The translations under genes and the position numbers were made by a program. A model generated the notes under the pieces. The model was given only the letters and a program-made list of their open reading frames with translations, did no database searches and was not told the origin of the DNA. DNA of 64,000 nt from Escherichia coli (GTDB lineage: Bacteria > Pseudomonadota > Gammaproteobacteria > Enterobacterales > Enterobacteriaceae). Position 1 is the first letter of the stretch. Every line of letters starts with the position of its first letter. The stretch lies in the NCBI RefSeq assembly GCF_048403405.1, contig NZ_CP183129.1. The stretch is one strand, 5' to 3'. This document shows positions 43,521 to 53,323 of this stretch, piece by piece.

Positions 43521-44057
43521 ATGTTACGCGATAAATTTATTCACTATTTTCAGCAATGGCGTGAACGCCAGTTAAGCCGTGGCGAACACTGGCTGACACA
43601 ACACCTGGCGGGGCGTTCTCCGCGTGAAAAAGGCATGTTACTGGCAGCGGTAGTGTTCCTGTTTAGCGCCGGATATTACGTCCTCATCTGGCAGCCGTTG
43701 AGCGAACGGATAGAACAACAGGAGACGATGTTGCAGCAGCTGGTGGCGATGAACGCGCGACTGAAGAGCGCCGCGCCGAATATTATTGCGGCGCGAAAAT
43801 CCGGCACGACAACGCCAGCACAGGTATCGCGGGTCATCAGCGACAGCGCTTCCGCGCACTCTGTGGTCATCAAACGGATTGCCGAGCGTGGGGAGAATAT
43901 TCAGGTCTGGATAGAACCTGTGGTGTTTAATGACCTGCTGAACTGGTTAAAGGCGCTGGATGAAAAGTACGCGCTGCGGGTGGCACAAATTGATGTCAGT
44001 GCGGGTGAGAAGCCTGGGATGGTGAATGTGCAGCGACTGGAGTTTGGGCGGGGGTAG
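43521..44057 (+). CDS. gspM: type II secretion protein GspM (YghD)
   Basis: 178-aa ORF MLRDKFIHYFQQWRERQLSRGEHWLTQHLAGRSPREKGMLLAAVVFLF... with single TM helix. Confidence 0.85.
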   Translation: MLRDKFIHYFQQWRERQLSRGEHWLTQHLAGRSPREKGMLLAAVVFLFSAGYYVLIWQPLSERIEQQETMLQQLVAMNARLKSAAPNIIAARKSGTTTPAQVSRVISDSASAHSVVIKRIAERGENIQVWIEPVVFNDLLNWLKALDEKYALRVAQIDVSAGEKPGMVNVQRLEFGRG

Positions 44058-44692
44058 GTATTGCCATTTCCTTAACCCCACCTGATAACCCTTAGCCCAA
44101 TGGTGAGTGCGGAACTGTCAAACCCGCTCACCGGGCTGAGTTTCGATGTAGCAAGAATTATCTCCCTCCAGACCACCACGGAATATTCGGTAACACTGAA
44201 GGAACCTGTTTTTCACCATGTAGCCTTCGTTAATCGACACCTTTCTCAGACTGTAAAGTTGCTTAAGTGTTTTGACACATTATGATTATTAATAGTTGTA
44301 ATAAATCATTGAGTAACAATTGATAGGCAAAAACATATAGGATAATTCTAGTGTGATCTGTATTTTGTGTAACCTGGAAGTTAGTAAAATTCCTGGAGAT
44401 AATCAGAAAGGGAATTTCAAATAAGCATAATAATTTCCAGTGAAACTATTCGTCGATTTTAAGAAATGTCTGCTCAGGTATATCTACTGAGGGATGGTGT
44501 TGGTTGTAACACTGGTTAAAATAAACACACAAAAATAATCAAGATGTATATTTTAATCGACAAAAATAATTACTCGCGGAATTATTGATGGGTGTTAAAT
44601 AACACCGTTTAAATGTGATGTAAATCACAAATGTGACTGTAAAGAGGGTGCTGTAGATATAAATAAGAAGTACATGAGTGAATTTTAAATAG

Positions 44693-45096
44693 GGAAATAG
44701 TTTCTTGCTAAACAATTTATTGGTAATCAATCGCATGCGTTCTGGTTTGAGATAGATTACAGGTGTTACTACGCATAAAATTCATGGGTGGTATTATAAT
44801 CAAGTAGTTAACAGTAATAGTGAAAAATAATTTCTTGCGAAATTAGCGGCCCGTTTTGAATAAGTGTGTTCCGGAGTAATCCAGAACGCATGCTGCTTTA
44901 CATCTTTTTCAAGCCATATTGGTTAAGCAAAAAGAAGTAGAAATAATTTCCTGAGAAATTAACTCAACATTCTGAAACGGCCAGTTTTCTGAAATTACCA
45001 GAAGACCGAATACATTCATGCCTGAAGAATGGATTAGAAGAAACGAGACGGAAATAGATCTATTTATCCCTGCGGAAATAATTTCTGCTGAAATTG
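44693..45096. repeat. four dispersed copies of a ~22-bp motif (GAAATAATTTCyTGmgAAATT) in the kpsM upstream region
   Basis: Copies at 44693-44718, 44822-44849, 44940-44960 and 45074-45096, spaced 117-135 bp apart, all in the same orientation. Confidence 0.6.
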
Positions 45097-45190
45097 TTTG
45101 CGGCTATTAAAAAGGTCAAACCGTCTGACTAAATTTTATCCAGTTACAAACAAGTATTACCTCCAGTGTATTGGTAGCTGTTAAGCCAGG

Positions 45191-45198
45191 GGCGGTAG
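45191..45198 (+). promoter_or_regulatory. ops element (RfaH recruitment site) in the kpsM leader
   Basis: GGCGGTAG core, 33 nt upstream of the kpsM start codon, within ccaggggcggtagcatacc. Confidence 0.75.
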
Positions 45199-45230
45199 CA
45201 TACCTGAAGAGAATAGGATCACATCACCAA

Positions 45231-46007
45231 ATGGCAAGAAGTGGATTTGAAGTCCAGAAAGTCACCGTAGAGGCATTATTTCTACGAGAAATACGAACAC
45301 GCTTTGGTAAGTTCCGTCTGGGATATCTGTGGGCGATTCTCGAACCCTCTGCGCATTTGCTGATACTGTTGGGCATTTTTGGTTACATTATGCACCGCAC
45401 GATGCCAGACATCTCGTTCCCGGTGTTTTTACTTAATGGCCTGATTCCCTTTTTTATCTTTAGCAGTATCAGCAAACGTTCTGTAAGTGCTATTGAAGCG
45501 AACCAGGGGCTGTTTAATTATCGCCCAGTAAAACCCATCGATACGATCATTGCGCGCGCCCTGCTTGAGACGCTGATTTACGTTTCTGTTTATATTCTGC
45601 TTATGCTCATTGTCAGGATGGCAGGCGAATATTTCGAGATAACAAATTTTTTACAACTTGTGGCTACCTGGAGTCTGCTGATCATTCTTTCATGCAGCGT
45701 CGGCTTAATATTCATGGTCGTTGGTAAAACCTTCCCCGAAATGCAAAAGGTTCTGCCGATACTTCTTAAGCCCCTTTATTTCATCTCCTGCATCATGTTC
45801 CCTCTGCACTCAATTCCAAAGCAATACTGGTCATATCTACTCTGGAACCCACTAGTGCATGTCGTGGAGTTAAGCCGTGAGGCCGTTATGCCTGGCTATA
45901 TTAGCGAAGGTGTGAGTCTGAACTACCTGGCAATGTTCACATTGATAACTCTGTTCATTGGTCTGGCGTTATATCGAACTCGTGAGGAGGCAATGCTGAC
46001 ATCATGA
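45231..46007 (+). CDS. kpsM: group 2 capsule ABC exporter permease
   Basis: ORF track 45171..46007; MARSGFEVQKVTVEALFLREIRTRFGKFRLGYLWAILEP... begins at ATG 45231. Confidence 0.93.
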   Translation: MARSGFEVQKVTVEALFLREIRTRFGKFRLGYLWAILEPSAHLLILLGIFGYIMHRTMPDISFPVFLLNGLIPFFIFSSISKRSVSAIEANQGLFNYRPVKPIDTIIARALLETLIYVSVYILLMLIVRMAGEYFEITNFLQLVATWSLLIILSCSVGLIFMVVGKTFPEMQKVLPILLKPLYFISCIMFPLHSIPKQYWSYLLWNPLVHVVELSREAVMPGYISEGVSLNYLAMFTLITLFIGLALYRTREEAMLTS

Positions 46008-46675
46008 TTAAGATTGAGAATTTGACGAAGTCATATCGCACGCCAACGGGTCGACATTATGTGTTTAAGGATTTAAACCTCGAAATCCCTTCAGGAAAAA
46101 GTGTTGCCTTTATTGGTCGTAATGGTGCGGGTAAATCAACGTTACTGAGAATGATTGGTGGCATTGACCGCCCCGACAGTGGAAAGATCATCACTAATAA
46201 AACAGTATCATGGCCAGTCGGCCTTGCAGGTGGATTTCAGGGAAGTTTAACCGGACGCGAAAACGTAAAATTTGTTGCGCGGTTATACGCGAAGCAAGAA
46301 GAACTGAAAGAGAAAATTGAGTTTGTTGAAGAATTTGCCGAACTTGGCAAGTACTTCGATATGCCGATTAAAACTTACTCATCAGGTATGCGATCGCGTT
46401 TAGGCTTTGGTTTAAGCATGGCATTTAAGTTTGATTATTATATCGTCGATGAAGTAACGGCGGTCGGTGATGCCAGGTTTAAAGAAAAATGCGCTCAATT
46501 GTTTAAAGAAAGGCATAAAGAATCTAGCTTTTTAATGGTTTCACATAGTTTGAATTCATTGAAAGAGTTTTGTGATGTGGCGCTATTCATACCTAGAGAT
46601 CATCAGACTTGTCTTTATCAGAATATTAATGACGCAATTAAGTTATATCAAAATGATGAAAATTTGAACATTTAG
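46004..46675 (+). CDS. kpsT: group 2 capsule ABC exporter ATPase
   Basis: 223-aa ORF with Walker A GRNGAGKST and ABC signature YSSGMRSRL; overlaps kpsM stop. Confidence 0.93.
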   Translation: MIKIENLTKSYRTPTGRHYVFKDLNLEIPSGKSVAFIGRNGAGKSTLLRMIGGIDRPDSGKIITNKTVSWPVGLAGGFQGSLTGRENVKFVARLYAKQEELKEKIEFVEEFAELGKYFDMPIKTYSSGMRSRLGFGLSMAFKFDYYIVDEVTAVGDARFKEKCAQLFKERHKESSFLMVSHSLNSLKEFCDVALFIPRDHQTCLYQNINDAIKLYQNDENLNI

Positions 46676-46686
46676 TGGAGCTAAAA

Positions 46687-47082
46687 ATGCGTAAAGTTAT
46701 CACCTTTGGTACATTTGATGTATTACATATAGGTCATATAAATATCTTAAAAAGGGCAAAAAAAATGGGGGACTATCTAATAGTTGGCGTCTCATCCGAT
46801 TATTTGAATTTCTCAAAAAAACAGAGGTATCCTGTTTATCCGGAAACTGAGCGTCTTGAAATAATTAGGTCCTTAAAATTTGTAGATGAAGTTTTTATTG
46901 AAGAGTCATTGGAATTAAAGGGCGAGTATATTAAAAAATTTAAGGCAGATATCTTAGTGATGGGAGATGATTGGCTAGGGCGATTTGATGAATATAAGGA
47001 ATTATGTGAAGTATCATATCTGCCAAGAACTGTTGGTATTTCAACGACAGAACTAATTTCTCAAATCAAAAGATATGGTTAA
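46687..47082 (+). CDS. glycerol-3-phosphate cytidylyltransferase (TagD-like)
   Basis: ORF track 46675..47082; MRKVITFGTFDVLHIGHINILKRAKKMGDYLIVGVSSD... HxGH nucleotidyltransferase motif, strong similarity to Bacillus TagD. Confidence 0.88.
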   Translation: MRKVITFGTFDVLHIGHINILKRAKKMGDYLIVGVSSDYLNFSKKQRYPVYPETERLEIIRSLKFVDEVFIEESLELKGEYIKKFKADILVMGDDWLGRFDEYKELCEVSYLPRTVGISTTELISQIKRYG

Positions 47083-47097
47083 TTTTGGAGAGGGATT

Positions 47098-48333
47098 TTG
47101 AAATTTCATTCAGAGATAAAAAACTCTATAAAAAATGCGAAGAAATTCAAAGGTATTTTATTTGTTAATATAATATCTTATCTGCTGCTAACAATTGCGA
47201 TAAGAAAAGGTCATTCGAAAGAGATTTTAAAATTTAAGTGGTTGATTTTACTTTTTGGCGGGAGTGTCGCTAAATATTTTGTTGCTAGGGCTTCATTTCT
47301 TAATGGTGATTATATATTTGCTAAGAAATTATATCAAGAGATAATTAAGGTAAACCCAATACATACTGATAGCTATTATGGGTTGGCTGATGTTTATAGA
47401 CTAACCGGAAATAAATTAGAAGCGAAGGATGTACTCATTCAAGTTTTTAATTTTTCTGATCGTTTGAAAACTTGGCTATTATTGGCGAACTTGGTTGATA
47501 CAAAAAAAGATTATGATGAATTATTGAATCATTGGGAAAGGGAATGTTCTTATAGGAATATACTTAAGTATCATTATGATGTGAACGATTACCTTATAAT
47601 TGCTGCGTTAAGGGCTAAACTATATGAAGAAGCATTAAATCGGGTTAAAGTATTGTTGGGAAGTATAAATTCTGAGGCTTTTATCTTACCAAAAACTAGC
47701 AATAAAAACTTTTCTGTTAATGCTGCTAAAATTGCATTATTAGGTCTAAAAAAAATATTGGATGCTAATAAAATACAGTTTTTTTTAGTTAGCGGAACAT
47801 TACTTGGTTGTATTCGTGATAAAAAATTACTAAAACATGACAAAGATATTGATATAGGAGTATGGAGCGAAACAAATCTATCCGTATTATCAACGAAAAT
47901 TGCTTGCTCTGGCTTGTTTGATATTGCACCTATGCGCTCACCGTATACGTTGAGAATAAAACATGTTAATGGTGTGGCAATCGACATATTTTTTCATTAT
48001 CGAGATCATGACAGCTATTGGCATGCGGGTTCAAAGCTGAGATGGAACAATACTCCATTTAATTTGATTTCTTATGGTTTTCTTGGGAACGTGTTTTTAA
48101 TACCAGAAAATTATGATTTATATTTGACTGAGAATTATGGAAACTGGATGCAAGAAAAAATGAAATTTGACTCTGCATTCGATACACCCAATCATGAAAT
48201 AGTTAATATGTATGAATTAAAAATACACGCGTATAAAAAGCTAATAATAAACATGAAAATTGGTAGTGTTGAAGGCGTTAGATATTATGAAGATAAATTA
48301 AATGAACTTGGGTGTATTATATCTAAGCCTTGA
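47098..48333 (+). CDS. two-domain protein: N-terminal TPR-like region plus C-terminal LicD-family phosphotransferase domain
   Basis: 411-aa ORF (TTG start after ggagaggg RBS); LicD-type motif SGTLLGCIRDKKLLKHDKDIDIG. Confidence 0.65.
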   Translation: MKFHSEIKNSIKNAKKFKGILFVNIISYLLLTIAIRKGHSKEILKFKWLILLFGGSVAKYFVARASFLNGDYIFAKKLYQEIIKVNPIHTDSYYGLADVYRLTGNKLEAKDVLIQVFNFSDRLKTWLLLANLVDTKKDYDELLNHWERECSYRNILKYHYDVNDYLIIAALRAKLYEEALNRVKVLLGSINSEAFILPKTSNKNFSVNAAKIALLGLKKILDANKIQFFLVSGTLLGCIRDKKLLKHDKDIDIGVWSETNLSVLSTKIACSGLFDIAPMRSPYTLRIKHVNGVAIDIFFHYRDHDSYWHAGSKLRWNNTPFNLISYGFLGNVFLIPENYDLYLTENYGNWMQEKMKFDSAFDTPNHEIVNMYELKIHAYKKLIINMKIGSVEGVRYYEDKLNELGCIISKP

Positions 48334-48386
48334 GGTCTATATAACTGAATATATTAAATATTAAAAAATAATCATGGGGACATAGT

Positions 48387-51300
48387 ATGTTGTTAACTAA
48401 GTTAGCTAAAAAAATATGCCAATCCAAAGAATATATTAACGGAATTTCTCTATACAAAAAAAAAGAATGGGAGAAGGCATTATTGTTCTTTGAGAAATCA
48501 ATCATAAAAAAAACAAAACATGCGGAGAGCTATTTTAAAGCAGGAATATGCAATCTTAAATTGCATAGATATGAAGAGGCATTTAAATATATAAGTAAAG
48601 CATTAGAATTGGAACCCTCAAATATACAGTGGAAAGAACAACTCGAACAGTGTGCAAGGCATCTTGATAAGTTAAATAATCATATGGTGAGCAAATCATC
48701 TACTGAAGAAGATTTATTAAGGGAAAAACTTAATACAGACTTTAATAATCCAAAATTACACGATAGACTTGCTGAGGTTCTTCATAAAAAAGGGCGTTGG
48801 TGGCAGGAAGTTGATACGCTGAAAAACGCAATAAAATTAGATCCTTCAATACCTGAACGTTATTTCAAACTTGGCACCGCATTAGAAAAGATGGGGCGTT
48901 TTAATGAGGCTAGTATATATTATAAAAAAGGACTTGAATTTAATAAAAAACATGATGCTATTTGGTATTATGCACTCGGATATTCGCTTGAATCTGATGA
49001 AACAAACAATGTAGAAAATGTCCGTAGTTCTAAAATAGCATATGCGACAGCTATATCGTTAGACAAAAAATTAAATAGTAATAAATTTGGAATAGGAGCA
49101 TTTCATCAATATAAGGGACGCTGGGCTAAGGCTATTGATGCGTATGAAAAACATACATCCATAAATCCATTATGTGCAGAGCTATATTATAGGCTCGGAT
49201 TATCTTATGATAGATGTTATCAATGGGATAAAGCCGCAGAGAATTATCGCAAGGCATTATCACTCGATGAAAATCATCCTTATTGGCATTATAGGCTAGG
49301 GTTTGTTTTAGAGAGAAGTCAAAAGTATCTTGATGCTGCTGTTGCTTATCAATTTGCAGCACAAAGCAATATCAAACATATCTCGATTTGGTACTATAGA
49401 TCTGGGTACGCATATGCTAAGGCTAATAAATACAGGCAATCCTGTGAAATGTATATAAAAGCATATGACTCTTCTCAGGAAATTTATGCATCACAAATAA
49501 AAGTTATTGATAACAATGATACCCATTTAAACTCTTACAGAAAAAAACTTAAATATGAAAGCAGGATTAATACTTTAGAGTCAGCAATTTCTAATTCATG
49601 CATAAATTATGGATTATGGTATGAATTAGGTAAAACATATGAATCTTCATGTAATTGGAATGATGCTGTCATTGCATATCATGAAGGTATTATGAGAAAC
49701 AATACATATACCAAAGACTATTATTATAGAATCGGATATTCATTATTCCGCGATGGGAATTATCAACAGGCATGTAATTTTTTTCGTAAAATAGAGATTT
49801 TTGGAACACCGTATGGGGCTCCTGATGATATTCTAACAAAAAATTTAACTTTTAGGAGGAATGCTACATACACTGAATTTTATGAAACATTATCAATTGA
49901 AAAAAACACTATACTTTATGAAAGCTTTCATGGTGCAAGTATTTCTTGTAACCCATATGCATTATTTTTAGATATTATTGATGATCAACGATTTGATAAT
50001 TTCAGACATATTTGGGTTATCAATAATGAAAAAAAAATCCCTGAGCAGCTAAAAAATAAAAAAAATGTATATTTTGTTTCAAGGCAAAGTGATTTATACA
50101 TGCAATGTTTGGCATCATGTGAATTTTTGATAAATAATGTTAGTTTTCCTGAGTATTTTATAAGAAAGAAAGGGCAGCGATATTTAAATACTTGGCATGG
50201 AACTCCTATAAAATTTCTTGGAAAAGATATTAAAGATGAATTTTTAGCACATAAAAATGTGGCTAGAAATTTCCTTCACACAACACATTTACTTAGTCCT
50301 AATACACACACAACTAATATTTTATTAGATAGGTATGATATATCTAATATATTTAGTGGGGAAATTAAAGAGTTAGGTTATCCTCGCATTGACCGGACTA
50401 TTAATCTTAGCTCTGAACGGAAGGAATATATACGTAGGAAAATTAATGCGAACGTTTACGATAAAGTAGTCTTGTATGCTCCAACTTGGAGAGGAATACA
50501 TGGAAAGGCAACTTTAGATATAGAAAAACTAAAGAACGATCTTGAAAAGTTGGCTGACCAGGATTGTCATATCGTTTTCCGTGGTCATCATATGATCGAA
50601 AAATTAGTAAGTGAGCAGAATATTTCTGGTATAACAATTGTTCCTTCTGAGATTGACACGAATGAGTTACTAGGGGCGATTGATATTCTTATCACAGATT
50701 ATTCAAGTATTGCTTTCGATTTTTTTGTAATGAATAGACCAGTAATTTACTATGCGTATGATATTGAGCAATATAATAATGAGAGAGGGTTGTATTTTCC
50801 TCTAAATGAATTACCTGGAACCGTTTGTTTTAATGATGTAGAGTTACTTAACACGTTAAGTGGATATCTTCGTAATGAAATATATTTCGATGCATCTAAA
50901 GGTATTGATAAGTTTTGTAAAAATGATGATGGAAGTGTATGTGGAAAAGTAATTGAATGGTTCTTCTTTGAAGAAAAATCCATATTGCTTAATAAAAACA
51001 AAAATAAAAATATACTTTTTTATATTGGTCCATTTATTCCAAATGGTATATTGTCATCATGGCTAAATCTTATATCGGTAATTGATCGTGATAAATATAA
51101 TATTTCTTTGGTTGTTGACCCAAAATTAATTCATGGTTTTCAAGAACGGTTCGAGCAGTTTAAGAGAGTCTCTCCAGATATTCAAGTCATTGGAACTTGT
51201 GGAAACATGCTTTATAATATTGAAGAGAAATGGCTTAATGATAAATTAAATAATCAATTCACCCTGGCAAGTAAGGAAATGTATGATATTCTTGATCATG

Positions 51301-52187
51301 CTTACCAACGAGAGTTTTTAAGGCTCTTTGGCTATAGTCATATTGATCATCTAATCCATTTTGAAGGTTATAATCAATCTTGGGTTATCCGGTTTGCTAA
51401 TGCTCCGAAAGATACAGTTAGAAATAAAATAATATTTCAACATAATGATAAGTTGAGCGAGTGGAGAGAAAGATTTCCATATCTTAGAGTTGTTTTTGAT
51501 TTTTATAAATCTTACAATAAAATTGTTTCTGTTTCTGAAAAAACGATGGAGTTGAACAGAGATAACTTAAGCGAATTTTTTAATATTGAGCATGATAAGT
51601 TTATTTATTGTGATAATGTTCAGAATCCAGATGAGGTGATTAAAAAATCTGATGATATTGATACAAGTGGATTTATTTTTGAAAATGATAAAATCTACTT
51701 TATAACTTTGGGCAGACTTTCAGTCGAAAAAGATCAACAAAAGTTGATTAATGCCTTTTGCAGATTACAAAAATTATATCCTAATATTGAGTTATTAATT
51801 CTTGGAGACGGCCCCCTCAAGATTGATTTACAACGCCAGATTATAACTTTAGGACTTGAAAAATCCGTACATCTTCTGGGACGCATATCAAATCCTTTTC
51901 CACTGCTAAAGAGAGCTGACTGTTTTGTCCTCTCTTCAAATCATGAAGGGCAACCTATGGTTCTTTTCGAAGCAATGATTCTAGATAAACCTATAATATC
52001 AACTGACATTACTGGTTCTAGAAGTGCTCTTGAAGGGCGTTCTGGTGTATTAGTTGAAAATAGTGTAGACGGTCTCTTCAACGGAATGCGGGACTTTATC
52101 TTGGGAAGGTTGGAGTTTAAACATTTTGACATTGAATCTTATCAAAAAAATGCTTTGTCGATGTTTTATGAAAAATGCCTTCATTAA
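48387..52187 (+). CDS. multidomain capsule polymerase: TPR repeats, TagF-like CDP-glycerol glycerophosphotransferase, GT4 glycosyltransferase
   Basis: 1266-aa ORF; TPR repeats in the first ~450 aa; TagF-family motif NTWHGTPIKFLG; GT-B/GT4 motif NHEGQPMVLFEAM near the C-terminus. Confidence 0.8.
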   Translation: MLLTKLAKKICQSKEYINGISLYKKKEWEKALLFFEKSIIKKTKHAESYFKAGICNLKLHRYEEAFKYISKALELEPSNIQWKEQLEQCARHLDKLNNHMVSKSSTEEDLLREKLNTDFNNPKLHDRLAEVLHKKGRWWQEVDTLKNAIKLDPSIPERYFKLGTALEKMGRFNEASIYYKKGLEFNKKHDAIWYYALGYSLESDETNNVENVRSSKIAYATAISLDKKLNSNKFGIGAFHQYKGRWAKAIDAYEKHTSINPLCAELYYRLGLSYDRCYQWDKAAENYRKALSLDENHPYWHYRLGFVLERSQKYLDAAVAYQFAAQSNIKHISIWYYRSGYAYAKANKYRQSCEMYIKAYDSSQEIYASQIKVIDNNDTHLNSYRKKLKYESRINTLESAISNSCINYGLWYELGKTYESSCNWNDAVIAYHEGIMRNNTYTKDYYYRIGYSLFRDGNYQQACNFFRKIEIFGTPYGAPDDILTKNLTFRRNATYTEFYETLSIEKNTILYESFHGASISCNPYALFLDIIDDQRFDNFRHIWVINNEKKIPEQLKNKKNVYFVSRQSDLYMQCLASCEFLINNVSFPEYFIRKKGQRYLNTWHGTPIKFLGKDIKDEFLAHKNVARNFLHTTHLLSPNTHTTNILLDRYDISNIFSGEIKELGYPRIDRTINLSSERKEYIRRKINANVYDKVVLYAPTWRGIHGKATLDIEKLKNDLEKLADQDCHIVFRGHHMIEKLVSEQNISGITIVPSEIDTNELLGAIDILITDYSSIAFDFFVMNRPVIYYAYDIEQYNNERGLYFPLNELPGTVCFNDVELLNTLSGYLRNEIYFDASKGIDKFCKNDDGSVCGKVIEWFFFEEKSILLNKNKNKNILFYIGPFIPNGILSSWLNLISVIDRDKYNISLVVDPKLIHGFQERFEQFKRVSPDIQVIGTCGNMLYNIEEKWLNDKLNNQFTLASKEMYDILDHAYQREFLRLFGYSHIDHLIHFEGYNQSWVIRFANAPKDTVRNKIIFQHNDKLSEWRERFPYLRVVFDFYKSYNKIVSVSEKTMELNRDNLSEFFNIEHDKFIYCDNVQNPDEVIKKSDDIDTSGFIFENDKIYFITLGRLSVEKDQQKLINAFCRLQKLYPNIELLILGDGPLKIDLQRQIITLGLEKSVHLLGRISNPFPLLKRADCFVLSSNHEGQPMVLFEAMILDKPIISTDITGSRSALEGRSGVLVENSVDGLFNGMRDFILGRLEFKHFDIESYQKNALSMFYEKCLH

Positions 52188-52289
52188 AGCATTAATCTAT
52201 ATCATGATCGTCAAGAACCATTGATTGATTTGTAAGGAGGTATACCTCCTTACAAATTAAAGTAAATTTAGTTAAGTTAATAAATAATT

Positions 52290-53318
52290 ATGAATAAGAC
52301 AGTTTTACATATTAACAGTAATATAACCACAGATGAAATTAGTTTATTGTTGCAGGCATCCAAGTATAAATATATTCATTTTGAAATAATTGGGAAAGGT
52401 GATTCATGTAAAAATTTAATTGAGTTTTCATATCATGATTATAATAAAAAAAAACAATTAATTGCTTTAACTAATGCTGGTTTTATGTCGTACGTTCATC
52501 GTGGAAATGTAACTTCATTGGTTCACTTTGATGAGATAAAAAACCTCTGGATTCCAGTAAAAGAAAAAAAGTTTTCTATTAATTCTGATGGGATTGTATA
52601 TACGTTACAACGGGCTGCATGCAAAATAAATGAAAAGCTACTGATTGTTTTCTCTCAGATGCCAATTGAACCATATTCTGCAAGCTTGTACAGATATTTT
52701 GCAAAAAACTTTTCTACAATTGATAAATATATTGGAAAAAATGTTTCTATATTAAGAGTGGCTGATATCGGAGGAATTACTGGCTCATTTTACTTAAATA
52801 CAAATGCATTACCAACCAATGCTGATAAAATTAAAAGCCTTATATTAGAAGTTATTGAACAATGTCAAATAAAATCAGATGATGTCGTACTTTATGGATG
52901 CTCAAAAGGAGGTACGGCAGCCGTTTATCATGGATTAACTAATAATTATAAAATAGTAGCGGTGGATCCTATATTAAATGATGAACATTATATAAATAAT
53001 AAAAATGATCTACATTTAATAGAGGGAGTTTTTCCTCAGCCAAAGGAAGAGTTATTCAAAAAAGTCATTGATGACTATTTAATAAACTATAAGGGGAATA
53101 TGTCTTATTTTATTGTTTCACAAAATTCGGAACAGTACAAATATATTATGGATATTATAAATCCAATCATCACTTATTCAACAGTTGCAAATAGCATCAA
53201 TGATAAAATTAAAAGCCATCCTGATGTTGGGCCACAATCAATTCATATGATTGTAGCAATGATTAATATGGCTCTTTCTGGAATAAAACTATCTAACGGC
53301 ATCTATGATTTTGTTTAA
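52290..53318 (+). CDS. hypothetical protein with serine-hydrolase-like GxSxG motif (possible polymer-modifying enzyme)
   Basis: 342-aa ORF in AT-rich region 2; motif VVLYGCSKGGTAAVYHG resembles an alpha/beta-hydrolase nucleophile elbow. Confidence 0.55.
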   Translation: MNKTVLHINSNITTDEISLLLQASKYKYIHFEIIGKGDSCKNLIEFSYHDYNKKKQLIALTNAGFMSYVHRGNVTSLVHFDEIKNLWIPVKEKKFSINSDGIVYTLQRAACKINEKLLIVFSQMPIEPYSASLYRYFAKNFSTIDKYIGKNVSILRVADIGGITGSFYLNTNALPTNADKIKSLILEVIEQCQIKSDDVVLYGCSKGGTAAVYHGLTNNYKIVAVDPILNDEHYINNKNDLHLIEGVFPQPKEELFKKVIDDYLINYKGNMSYFIVSQNSEQYKYIMDIINPIITYSTVANSINDKIKSHPDVGPQSIHMIVAMINMALSGIKLSNGIYDFV

Positions 53319-53323
53319 ATAAT

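Noticed and set aside
44285-45170. Possible CRISPR array suggested by repeated motifs upstream of kpsM
   Set aside because: Copies are about 22 bp, imperfect, and separated by 117-135 bp of unrelated sequence with no regular repeat-spacer unit and no cas genes; reported instead as a regulatory repeat.
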